The notes beneath the pieces were generated by a model that saw only the letters and a program-made list of their open reading frames with translations, made no database searches and had not been told where the DNA came from. This document shows, in pieces, positions 14,770 to 27,400 of a stretch of DNA of 64,000 nucleotides. Location: NCBI GenBank assembly GCA_002633005.1, contig NMRA01000662.1:71375-135374 (forward strand). Reading direction: 5' to 3'. Within the stretch, counting starts at the first letter, position 1. Each line of letters opens with the position of its first letter. This DNA is from Phoronis australis. Taxonomy: Eukaryota; Animalia; Phoronida. A program made the position numbers and the translations under genes.

Positions 14770-15190
14770 TGCAAAAATTGAGTTCTTCCATGCAGGTACA
14801 GTGTTAGTGTTCTTCACAATCGTCATTCAAATGCGGTTGCCGACATGAAAGTTGAATCAGTGCTATCTAACCGACACGTGTATTCGAGTAGCTAAGTTTT
14901 CAATGTGAAAAGGGAGGAAATACCCATTGAAAAAATATCCACAATTTTGCTAGGTCTGACCTGCTATATGACTGTCATCAATGTCGTTAAAGATCCAAAC
15001 TAACTCTGCGTGCATATTCCCTCCATTTTCTATTGACAGCCCAAACTTTGCAACTTAACTTGACATTTGAAAAACATCCTGTTGAAAAAAATCTGTGAAA
15101 TGTTGCCCTAGCCGAATGACATATGCCGATGCGTGGGTAAAAATCAGTGCAAATTTCACAACAGAAATGCTGGACTTATGCTATTTAAGT
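14770..15190. repeat. Dispersed repeat, copy 1 (copy 2 at 52193-52615; inverted partial near 23140-23225)
   Basis: Shared blocks AAAATTGAGTTC..CATGCAGGTA, GAGTAGCTAAGTTT, ATTTTGCTAGGTCTGACCTGCTATATG, AAATTTCACAACA..GGACTTATGCT. Confidence 0.75.
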
Positions 15191-16319
15191 ACTCAACAAT
15201 TAGTTTCCCATGAAATGAAAAGCTTCCAAATAATTCCCGAATCCATGAGGGTTTCCATCGGGTAATTCAAGTTTGCTCCTCAAGTCCATGTAGGGGAAAA
15301 ATAGGTCATTCATAAAACGACACCGACACATGTCGCTAGTTTTACTTTCTTTCGAAGATATAAAACAAAGTCAGGGTCAGTTTTACATATTGAGAAATGA
15401 CGTTTTCTTTGAAAACTGAATTTGTTGTGTAAAATGAGAGGGACACAATATATAGACTGCTTGTCAATTTCAAACCACCTGCGGTTATTTGTAGTGCGCT
15501 ATAATGGGCGCTAGCCTGAACTGTGAGCGCTTAATTAGAAATCCTCAAAAGTTGAGGGGGAACGCTTAGTAGAGCAGTAAGCGCTTATTACGAAACACTA
15601 ACACTTCAAAGGTAGGGAGTAGACGCATTGTGAGCACAGCCCGTTAACCTAAGTGTTTGTGGTAATAAGATATTGAAAGACTGCAAAAGTACGAAATGTG
15701 ATTACAATACGACTTTGTGAGGCAAACTCCATTTAGAAGGATTGACCTAGCTATTGTTACCACCTACACTGTACCTTTTTAGTCACACGGAGTAAATTTG
15801 TTTTTAATTGCATGCTTCAGACAGAACAAGATTCTTTCTATTGGAGTCTACAGCACAGTCTGGAGAGCGAAAAATTGGTGGAGGGGGAGAGGGGTGCATG
15901 AAAAGAAGAATAAAAAGTTTGCCAACTAATTTGGCATCTACCCGTCTAGTTGCAGTAGCTGGCTACGGGCATAGATCATCAGTCCTAGGGAACACAACAA
16001 CAGGAAATTATCAGTACTGGGCTACACCGGTTCCGGGGAATATCGTAAAGCATAGGGTCTTTCTTAACCGCCGAGAATCTATTAAGTCTATTAACTTCAT
16101 CGTCAAATAAACCATTGACACCCGAGTGCTTAACAGAGCCAAGCCGGTATACTCTTTCATTTAGGACTGTCACTGCTCTTTTTTAATGTACAGCTTTGGA
16201 GTGGTGCGCACACGTTCTGCATTATCCCATGTTCATGCGACATTCTTACAAGTCATCGGGAGGGCTGTTCTCGGTTAGTGTTCTTTCGAACTTGATTTGG
16301 CAACAACTAAATAACAGTC

Positions 16320-16508
16320 GGATTCACACTAGTTGCTTTATTATTTGCCAGGTATCTGCCGAGAAGTGTGAAACCTCAGCTCGCATTCGTTGGAAATTCT
16401 AGGTCACATTTTGTGACTAAATACTAGCTGGGAAAAATCTCAGCTCGCATTTCCAAACTTCAGGTCGCAAATGCGACCTACACTACAGCTCGTTATGTCA
16501 AGCCCTGG
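16320..16508. repeat. Dispersed MITE end (related copies at ~3315-3472 and ~51988-52095)
   Basis: TTTGCCAGGTATCT...GCTCGTTATGTCRAGC(C/G)CTG shared with ~3315-3472; CAGGG-type terminus. Confidence 0.55.
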
Positions 16509-16673
16509 TCTATGTGCAAAAAGTATTTGTAACAACGTGACTTTGATTTTTTAGTCAGTTTGAGGCATAATTCGGCAAAAAGCTTCCGGCGTATGTAGTT
16601 CAACTAGAGACGGTGGCCCTGTAATTGCTGTAAAGATAGCCGAGGGGCTACGTGTTGCCTAAAGTGCACTAAC

Positions 16674-17456
16674 CTGGCAAGCATTGTAGAGAATTTGGTG
16701 CTCATACTTTTTGACTCCCAAAATGTTTTGGAACATTTCGTAGAGTTGCTCCTTGCTAAGAATAAGCTCAGATGCAGCAGCCGAGAGTCTTTGGGGTTGT
16801 TTCCTGGGGTCTTCTTCGCCACGATAAATCAGGTCAAATTTAGCCATCCACGAACTGAGGACGGTTTCTTTACTAAGTCCATCAATTTCAGGCAAGCTGC
16901 GCACACGCTTTTCTATGTTATTTTTGAAGACTTCACGGAAGTCATTAGCCGAACATCCTCCACTACGAACCATGTTGGCAACTCGATCAGATTTGAGAAA
17001 AACTTCATAATAACTCTGAACAGCATTAGTGAAGGCTTCATCCGCAGCAATGTTAGTCTCTCCATTCAGAAAAGCATTAAATCTTTCTTTGATGGTCTGA
17101 AGTTGCTGCTTATTGACTTTGGTTTGCCGACGAGCCATGTCTGTCGGCTGTTTGGCATTGAATGGGTAAGCAATACATCGCAAGACAAAAACGTACAGCT
17201 GTAATTTCTGTTTGCGTTCTTCCTCTTCTCTTTCAAGGCGATCTGTTTCTTCTTTTTCTTTTTCACTTGCTAAGGAAGGACTCGGACTAGCAGGCCGAAT
17301 ACTATTGGACCGGGAATGGTGTCCAGACAGGCTCAGGTTGTCGCCGCTTGCCGACAAACTTCGCTGGTCAGTGCTCGGAATGCTGAGTACATCGGAATTT
17401 TCATCCAGGGGTTCCTCATTGTCAAGCTCGTCTTCACTTGATGACGGGTCGAGCAT
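16674..17456 (-). CDS. CADPS: Calcium-dependent secretion activator (CAPS/unc-31), first coding exon
   Basis: ORF starts [10 protein letters not shown] and contains [56 protein letters not shown] and [32 protein letters not shown], all hallmark CAPS sequence; GT donor follows ...GCTTGCCAG at 16673 (phase 0). Confidence 0.97.
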
Positions 17457-17479
17457 TGTGTCCGAAACGTTAGTCTTTG

Positions 17480-18112
17480 TGAACTTGGACGCAAATCAAT
17501 CAACGTAGTTTCAGTAATGTTGCACTTTAACCATAAAGCTGGAGAACACTTTGCTATTCGTTTTGCGTCAGGCCAAAACACGATCGATGAACACGCTTGC
17601 GCAATGCTCCACTTCCTGTTTACATCTGATGATTGATGGTTTTATTTAGAACTCAAATACGAGGTAAAACAAGTCATTTCACGCATTCAAAATGCCATTT
17701 AACTTCATTTTGGAAAATTATATAAACAAATACAAATTATATTATGAACTTTAAAATTCGAGATTTTAACTACATGATATCTTGAAGTTCAACCCGTAGC
17801 TATACTTCAATGGCGGCCATTAAAGATATTCGGAGACGAAGTAGCGTTTCAAAAGAACTACCGTTGCAATATCATCTAACTCTATTTTAAGAACCGACTA
17901 ATCAGCAAAATAGTACAGTGACATTAATTTTTGGCACATACAGTTTGTTGGCGGTCGTGAATTGTGGGCGTACTTGAAAGACTCTGCACTGTTTTGCTCG
18001 AGAAATTTTGTAAACAACGCAGACGCTCCGCTCCTGAAATTTGCATCAGACGACGGACTAGTTAAGAAGGATTTAATGCATTAAAACAGTTTATGTCTTG
18101 TCTGGAAGGAAG
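17480..18112. promoter_or_regulatory. Putative bidirectional promoter and non-coding first exon of KMT2E
   Basis: Lies between the CADPS ATG and a + strand donor AAG|GTAATT at 18113; locally CpG-rich; ETS-like ACTTCCTG (~17611), TTGCGCAA palindrome (~17597), two-sided YY1-like AATGGCGGCCATT (17809-17821). Confidence 0.5.
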
Positions 18113-18302
18113 GTAATTCCATTTCAATATAAGATGTCCCCAGTACTTTAAGTGTACTAGTATTCATTGTTACTGAGCTAATGTACTAGTAAATATCGTC
18201 TGGAGGTCACCTGTCAAAATTCAACACAAATTCAAGATGGCCTCCAGGCAACTCGTAGCCTCTTGCCTCGGTTGGCCGGTTAGGGCTACAGTACTTCCCA
18301 TC

Positions 18303-19085
18303 GCGGTAATTGTTTACAATATGACGACATTGACTTACACATGATTTTGGTATCGTTTGATTCCTTGCAAAGTTATCTTTCCAAAAATACTTAGAAATTT
18401 TTCCTACCCCATTCTTTTAATATTTTATCGGGAAACTTCTGCTCGCACTATTTCCCGGTACGCGGTAGTAATACCGCCATGTTGAATGGAAGGAGTCACC
18501 TGGTGGTCAAAAACTTAACTAATCTACCGACTTCTATAGATCGTTGCTTTTCATAAGGTCAAATTGACCGAGACTCGTCTATCCCCCGCCCGAGTTACGG
18601 TGCCAAGGGTTCGAATTCGATCTTATAGTGACCCTGGTAGGCATCTGTTAGCACGAAACCGCGAAAAAAGCGGTAGTTGTTTTTGAGGTCCATATTTGTG
18701 AAAATGGTATCCACTTCAGACAAGTTCGTGGAAAAATGGTCAAATGGTCACAATTATAAAAAAATTGAAACAGGTGAAATGCTGCTACTTATTCCTCCAT
18801 ATCATGTCGGGAAAACTTTAGCGGGAATCTCGCGCAGGCAAACACCATTCAAAATCAATGATGCCGTTTCATACATTAACAACAGGTGTTGCTGTAATCT
18901 TGAGTTGAGCTAACATGGCGGTGTCAACCGGGAAATAGTGCGAACCGAAATTCGACGATAAAATACGGAAGAAACGCGGTAGGGGATACATTCATACATT
19001 TTTGGAAAGATAACGTTGCGAGGAATCGAACGATACCAAAAACATGTGTGTAGGGCAATGTCGTCATATTGTAAACAATTACCCC
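18303..19085. mobile_element. MITE/foldback-like element with ~180-bp imperfect terminal inverted repeats
   Basis: GGTAATTGTTTACAATATGACGACATTG...TTATCTTTCCAAAAAT...TCGCACTATTTCCCGG...ACCGCCATGTT (18303-18485) is the reverse complement of 18910-19085. Confidence 0.75.
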
Positions 19086-22000
19086 CATCGCTTTCTGTAC
19101 GAATTTCGTATCGTATATTTTAAATGAGCGTTAGCCCAAATCCGGCCACCAATTATATGCTAGAATAGTTGATCCTTTCATTGGTAATCTTCTTGGGTAC
19201 CTTGCCAATCTGCCAGTTGGTGATAACTTTTGTGTGAAAACATTCTGAAACCCAGCAAGACCAATAAGTTAAGACATGAGTTTCAATGAGCTAAGATTAT
19301 ATCGCAGTATGTGTTAAGCCTGTCCAACGAAAACTTGTAAATTCTCACCAATTAATACAATGTGATGGAAAATTAAAATTTACTTTTTATTTTTCTGTTA
19401 AAAGCTTAATAGCACCAAATTGATTTTTCATCAGTTTTTAAATTCTCTACCATAGCTACCATAACTCAATGTTCTGGAATATTTTGGGACATTCAAGGCA
19501 ATATTTGAAGCCTTTAAATGTTAAAATATCAGTTGTGGCAATTATTTATGTAGGAAAGTTTGGGAGATTTTATAGGAATTGTTTTGATTTAGCTAAATAT
19601 ATTTATTCATAATCAGCACCATGTTGAATTAATTTTCATTAGTTTGTGCGTCTAACTTGATTTATGTTTATCCATTCAATAAGTGTTTTGGGAACTAGAT
19701 ATATGGTTTCCAAGAACTGTGTAGACTTTTTTTAGATCATTTGTGACGTAATTTATTCCTGAAACACAAAATCTAAACTATAGGCACAGTGCCGTCGATA
19801 TACATTACAATCTTGGCTCCAACAGGGACTCTGGCCATATCTCTTTGCGAAATTGTTTTCAGTCAAAAGTTGTAACGCTTAAAGTGGCTATTATCATGGT
19901 GTAGTTGTGAGTACTTATGTCGACAGTAACTCTGGTCTTGACTGTACACTGCCTTATTTACGATCATTTTTACGTTTATTGCCAAGGAACCTCATCATTT
20001 GTGAGCTTTTGTCTACATCGCATTTTCCACGCCACATTTGAAGGGGCGCCTTTGCCGCTGTTTTCGAAATACCTAAAAAAAATTGTTTCAAGTCGTGCAT
20101 CATGAATGTGCTGAGTAACTGTTTGCACCAAGGATAATGTCTGAGTAAAAACCCCAAAATAAGTAGAAATTTTATTTGATTTGAACACCACAAGGAAGAA
20201 CATTATAGTACTTATCAGGTGTGAAAATTTGCTTGGTACCTGGATGACCACTGACCAGATAGTGAGATACCCAGGTTTTCCGATCTCGGAAACACTGAAA
20301 TCTGTTTTTGCAACTATGCAATTATATTTTACTGTTTGGAAGTCATAATGTATGGCATAAGAATGATGAGGGAATTGCCATACCTTTTTTGCTAAATTAT
20401 GTCTTTGTTCAGAAATGGAATAGTACAATGTGGAAGAATGAACAGCCGTTGATTCCAAATTATTGTCAATCAATTGTTGAAGTTGATGGGTAATATTCTT
20501 AGGATTTCATAGGTCATATTCTTAATTTTTAGTAATTAACCAAAAAAAATTTGAGTTGGGGTATCTGCTACTGAAATTTCATTTCAAATCTGTACGTAAA
20601 AGAAGTCAGATTCCATGAATTTGTTCCATTTTTCTTTCATCGTATGGTGCCCAATTTGGTGACCTGACCTGCTGCTCGCCGATGCAAGTACCAAAGTCGG
20701 GCCACAGATTCACCTGTTCTGTTTATTACTTGGAATAAGTGCATTTGCCACCTACCCTCACACGCTTTCATTACAACAGCAAGTAAACAGACAAACTTTT
20801 ATTCGCCCAGTGCTTTATTATTCACATTGGTGACTGGGTGACCAGTTAAGAATTCACCTTTAACTCCTTGTACTTCAGTGTTGGGGTCTCTTCATTTTTT
20901 CACTTAAAAGTGAGTTACATCTGTTGTTAAAAACTGACCGTTTCTCTGCTAAAATGTTGTAGCTGTATCATGATCAGTTTTTCATTTTATGATGGTAAAA
21001 TGAGTAAACAGTACTGTTTTCCTTATTTTGTTGGTTAAAGACTAACTCCAGTTTAGCAATTGTGTCTGTATTCAAATATAAACATTCTCTGCAGTTGAAG
21101 ACCGATCATTACGAAACAACATATTTCAGAAATATGAATGACGAAACTCTCTGTCCCAATCTTCTCATTGAGGAAAATTCAATTTCCACACAAATTTTTG
21201 TGCCTCAAAGTTTAGATATTATCCCTATCTAGAGAGTTTTTACCTTAGAAAGAGGAGCGTCATCTTGTGAATATAAGTGTCCCATTCCTTTCTATCTGTT
21301 TTTCACTAATACTATGTTCAGTTGGGTTGGAGTGTAGTGACACCCATGTAGTCGTTCATTATGTCAGCTACACTCTATGGTGTTGGCATGAACAGCCCTG
21401 CAGAGCAATGTAAGTCTGGCCTTGATCTTTGTCCTTCATAAATCATCACCCTGTCAAGAAGAGAGAAGGTCTCCATTCTTTTGTGTTCAGTTGCTGAAGT
21501 TGAGCAAGACTAGTGCCAGTAAACTGAGACAGTGTTTGATTGTGTGTGAGCAATATCTCGCCAAATTTACCAAATTACTACCTTTTTCGTTTTTCAAAAT
21601 CTTCTTACATTGATTGTTGTTGCAGATTTGCGATCATTGTTCAGTTTAAATTGTGATGCTATTTTATTGTGGTGTGAAAAAGGTAGACCCAATTGTTTTG
21701 CTTTTATGTTGTGCAAAATTGGCAACAGTTGTGAATAACGGACAATTTTTCAAAATGTTTTCTGGTGATAACGATGGTGCAGAACTTGAAAATGTCAAGA
21801 CATTATTCTGATGTTACGTATCTTCAATGAGAAAAGAAACATTTCACTTGTTAGTCACGCTGTATCCTAAGTTGTAAGCTCTAGATTTGTTATCGAGTAG
21901 AATATGTTTAATATCAGACAGGTACCAAACTGTGCAAACAGTGACCGCTCCTTCCACTGTTTAGAAACCCCGACTCAGTTTGGACAGGTGCCAATATGAT

Positions 22001-24406
22001 TTCTCAGCACTACTGCATTAAGTTGGGTTAAGAAACTTCACTTGAATTGATTAATGCTAGTTGTTATGATATTGATTTTAAACTGCTATATTGTGATAAG
22101 CTGAAAAGACGGACAATAAAAAACTAACGCGAGTGCATGTGATATGATGATGTCAAGTTTCTAGGAACTCTTTATGTCTCTCTCTCTTTTTATTTCAAAC
22201 ATCGTTTTTCTGAGCTTATGTGTTGGTGTTGGTGTGGTCATTGCTGTAATCTGCGGATGGTGTTTGCTGGGCAGTTGGGCAGTCTTCAGACACCTTCAAT
22301 TTATTAATACCAAAAGGGAATTAGGAATATGTTTCTTTAATATGTTATCCAGTGTATAGTTCATGTTGTAAGATGGTTCTTTTTGTGAAAGTGTCTGATT
22401 GACTCTGTGACATTTGTGACTCAAAATTCAGACTTAGCTCCAGTGGTTCCACTGGGTTTTTGAAACGCCAGTCCAGAGGACCAACTGGTTGATTAAATTC
22501 TGATCCCTGTAGAAGATCGCCCCTCATTTAAATCTAAGTTGACTTTCTCGGATGAAAATTGAAGCAACGACGTATGACCTATGTCGGATGGTACACACTA
22601 AAGTAGTTCTATTCTTTTCGAGCGTTTCGCAATTTCGAGTCCACAGAAGTTACAGTCGTCACCAGTCACAGTGGTCGGCGGGGACATTGTGTTGCTAGCG
22701 TCTTCTGCAGGGCATTTAAAATGGCCATGTTGTTTAAATTTCCTCTTACCAGGTCTTAAGTCCACCACAACCTCTCAGTACTACGCAACACATTTATTCT
22801 TTAACATAATCATTCTTTCTCATCGTTTTAAGAGTCAAATACCAGTGACATACTGTATTTGTGACTGATTTATTCCATGTCATTCAGTGCCAACAAGTAA
22901 ACATCAGGATCACATGTTAGTAGCTGACCTATTTTGACTGTGTAGCAAAGTGCCAAAGGAGCAAACTCAAATCACACAATAATGGAATTATGCATTAAGT
23001 CGAAGTATTTGGACACTCCTGCAAAAATAGATAACCGAGATTATACTCAAGTTTTGCATGCATCAATGCCTCATTCTCCCAAGGCATGCAATGTCTCACG
23101 GAAGTTTTTTGACAGGAAGTTTTTCAATCGTTTCAAAAATTTGAGCTACGCAAACTAATGGAGCAAGTTTGCACCTTCAACGACTTTGATGACATTTGTA
23201 CAGTAGGTCAGTCCTAGAATTTTGGCGTTTTTTTTTTTTCGGTTTTAAATTACATGCTTTAAAGTTACTCAACTCCACATAACTTCGGCATCTAGTTTTA
23301 CCATTACAGCAAAGCCTTTGAACTTCAAGTCAGTATACAACAACTCAGAGGTCGTGGGTCAGCGGTTGGTCGTTTTAGGGGAAACGAGCGACCAAAATTT
23401 GCAATATTTTAATTGCCCCACGCATAGATTAGTTTTGATCAATGTAATTTCTCGAATATTTTGCTGGTCCCAATTTTCGGCGAAGATACAATCTTGTGTC
23501 AGGCTTGAGAAATTCCCGCAAAATACTGGTGTTTACTGGTAATTGGATACACTGGCTTCACAATTTGAGGATGCGACCAACATGATCTTATGAATGTATG
23601 GCACCCTAGTCCATCGCAATGCTTTTTGTCATGTTAATATAACTTACTTAATGTCATGTTCATATGCACTTAAGGTTATATTGCACCCTAGAAAATGTCT
23701 AAATTTGGTAACTTCAGAATATCATATCTCAGAAAATGTTGAATTCTTATGCAGTTTTCAGATACTACATGCAGAATTGCACAGTTTTCCAAAACTTTAT
23801 AATGTGTTCCACTTTTGAAGGGGCTGTCAAAATGGGACTCATATGACATTGCAACTAATTACAAAAAAATTATAGTTTGTAAAACTTAAGCTGTGCTTTT
23901 GAGGTTTCTCCTTGAATTAGGCCACTTTGTTGATATCGTTGTTTTGTTTTAAATATAACTTTGTGTTTTACAGAGTTTACATGTTGGCATGGCCCAATTA
24001 ATGACAAATTGGTTGTTATGTCAAAAGTCAAAGCCTACAGGTTTTCTGCTTTCTTAAAATATCAATACTTTTTGTAGATATTTGACTGCACGCACTGACT
24101 TGTCGACAACCATAAATCATTCAGGCATATTTGAGTGCCATCTAGTGTTCATGGAACACTCTAAACGCAATTGATTTGTCACAAAATCATTAAGCAGCAT
24201 CGCAGCGATCTGGCCTAGTACTTTGCGGATTGAAACTGCACAGGAGTTGTGCCAAATAGAGGCTCGTTTTCTAGTTCGTGCAGTTAGTCAAAATTACTGT
24301 TGTTCATCTTGCTCTTGTTCACTTTACAGAATTGCAGGTGTGCAATGGTCAACGTGGTAGTTGTGTGCTGTCTTCACCCGACGACAACCGATGGTGACGG
24401 CTAGAC

Positions 24407-24492
24407 ATGAACGGCATTATCCACATCACATCCCAGTTGTTGGCAAAGCCCTACATTCCTGCCACTGTCACCAGAATGGCAGCTGGAACTGA
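24407..24492 (+). CDS. KMT2E: KMT2E coding exon 1
   Basis: [28 protein letters not shown](E), matching the EMAAGSE region of vertebrate MLL5; GTAAGT donor phase 2; start could alternatively be ATG 24476. Confidence 0.75.
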
Positions 24493-27400
24493 GTAAGTAC
24501 TACACCTTCCAGCATTAGTTGGCAAAGTTTCTTGTCAAGTCCTTTTTTCTTGCACAATGGAGAATGTATTTTTGTCTAATCAACATGAACTTGGAACACA
24601 ACATGTCGGTCCTCTGTGTCTGGAGGCCAGCTGCAGGATGATGCTCTGGTGGTGATTCTCGAATTTTCACTGTGCGGAGCTCGCGCTGCAAAGTAGTTTG
24701 AGTGATTCTCATGAAAATTGGAGTGCCGATAAATCTCGTCAAAAACTATCTGTAGTGTTCCACCTGTTTCTCGTTATAATGCTGTTCTTGAGAATTCTTG
24801 GCTTTTTTTTACATTTTTGTATCAATTGACCCCTATTGTAGACAACTTTTTGTTCATGGACACGATATGATGGATCACTAGCTCTACAATCAGTTGTTTT
24901 TAGTTGAAATCAGGCAACAGGTGGTGCTGAGGCAGCTATTTTTGAATTTTCTCTTTATGGAGCCTTACAGATCTTCCTGAAACTGATTTTGTGAAGAATT
25001 AGAGGCAGTGTTGCATCCATTAAACACTATGACATACCATCTATTACACACTGACTTACCATCCATTACACACTATGACTTACCATTCATTACACACTAT
25101 GACTTACTGTCCATTATTTCATATATATGAAATAAGGACATTTTATACGTCACATAATCAACTGTGATATACGGGAAAGTAGAGCCATCAGTACATTACA
25201 GTAGAGGCCGTATTCAACGGTAGAAGCCGTATTTCACTGTTGGTGGGTGTGCAGTCTTCTGGTGTAGTATATTTGCGTGTACAATGCCAAATTTTATTTA
25301 CCTCAATCATTTGGGTTACCTAAATCATTAATCCAAGGCATCGTTGCTGAAAACGCAGTTTTACTGCTATGTGCCAGTCCATTTCTGTAAGTGGTTCTGT
25401 ATCTCCATCGTCAAAATCAAGTCATTTGTGTTTCCAGGCTTGATGTGGTCGAGGCACCTGCCGTCAACAGCCAGTCATACAGCTCACCTCCTCAGACTTA
25501 CCCTGGCTGTTATGGACTCCCCTACCAGGTAAGTGCTTCTGTAACCGTGCTAGTTGAACTTGTGAAAGCAGGATTTCTGTGTAATACTAGATGGTGTGCT
25601 GTTCAGGCATTTTTGTTTGCAACTTTTTCTTTGGGATTTTGCCATAGTCTTATGTTTGAGTTACCATGTGATGGTCCATTATGGTTAATGGGTTGTGTGC
25701 GTGTTTTGATAGCAGGTGTACTTGTGCTGATTTCAGACCATGATACTTAGTGAGACGTCATGACCCTCTGGCACATTTGTCAACTGCTTGTCTGCAGATT
25801 CAGTCTGAGTGTTATGCTGGCAGTTTTTATGTCTTGTCATGTGTGCAGGCATTATGCTACATAGGGTACGCTATTGACTCCCTGTACAGGATGAAGTAAC
25901 GAAAGGGTTGTGATGGTTTGCTGATGCTAGGCTGATTTACGCGTGATTCAAAATCTGACCTAGGGGTAACATAGGACTAATGGAAACTGTCCTCAGATAT
26001 GCCAATCATGTGATGTCCTCTGGTGGTATATATATATATATATAGAAAGTTTGAAAAACACTAGTTCACTATGGAGGAGCACAGGGACACATGTAATGCA
26101 GTTGGAGAGGTTGAGTTATGGCTCACTCTATACAAAACACTAGTAATACTGTATGCTTCTTGAAAAAGTTTGATAACATGCGATGTGTGTAAGTTGACAC
26201 ATGCTCGTTAGTGAGCTTCGTACTAACACTGGTAAGGCCCTCCTTAACTCGTGCCACTGAGCCTGCTTGTATTTGATGCGTTGTAGCAGTTTATGAACGA
26301 GGTTTCCCATCTGCTGGATGTGTGTGCCTGCTTGTATGATTGAGTGTCTGGAATTGATGTTTGTCGAATACCGTGTGGAATATGGATTTCACGTGTTCTA
26401 ATTGTTGTTTGTCGTTGGAAGCAGCGCTGGTAATGTAGTTATCTCAAACTTGAGACTCACTTGCCTGCATTTTTTTGTGAATGAATGTTGATGGTTGTCA
26501 GAACACTGTTTAACTGAAAATTCAAGCTAACAGTAGGCTAGGCTTGGGAGATGTGGTAGCGCTGCTATAGATTCATTTCATAAATAAAGCATTGTCTTGG
26601 GTATTATCCTGCCTGATGTCAGTGGTACAGATCAATAGGTTAGCCTGGCATGGTAAACAGCCAAACATACATACCAGTACTTCATGATGTATTCTACCTG
26701 AGTTGATCAATGAATTTATATAGCTTGGCAAACAATGATCTGTCCTTTCAGTGGCCATCGCTTGATGAATGTCTATTGACTAGTGCCAGCAGTGTGTCAA
26801 TAGGTGTTTAGTGGTCCACCAATACTGTACCATGTTAGCTGGTCTCACAATACTGGCTATTGTACACCCAGTTGTTGTGTGTGTGTGTGTGTGTGTGTAC
26901 AGCATCATTTGTGTTTGTGGCTTGGTGGTTGTAGTAATAGCTTGGTATCTGTGGCTGGTAGTCAAGTAGTCTCTCTGCTAGTAGATGATGACTTTTAGCC
27001 AGTAAAGTTAGCTAGAGATGTGCTGGTGCAAGTCTCCCTGTCTTTGTCACCTTCCCCCTTGGTGGCTGAACTCTACTCTGCCCAAGGATTTTGCCCNAAC
27101 AGCCAAACATACATACCAGTACTTCATGATATATTCTACCTGAGTTGATCAATGAATTTGTATAGCTTGGCAAACAATGATCTGTCCTTTCAGTGGCCAT
27201 CGCTTGATGAATGTCTATTGACTAGTGCCAGCAGTGTGTCAATAGGTGTTTGGCAGTCCACCAATACTGTACCATGTTAGCTGGTCTCACAATACTGGCT
27301 ATTGTACACCCAGTTGTTGTGTGTGTGTACAGCATCATTTGTGTTTGTGGCTTGGTGGTTGTAGTAATAGCTTGGTATCTGTGGCTGGTAGTCAAGTAGT

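Noticed and set aside
16695-17508. Plus-strand ORFs of 169 aa and 98 aa
   Set aside because: Antisense shadows of the CADPS exon with no recognisable protein features
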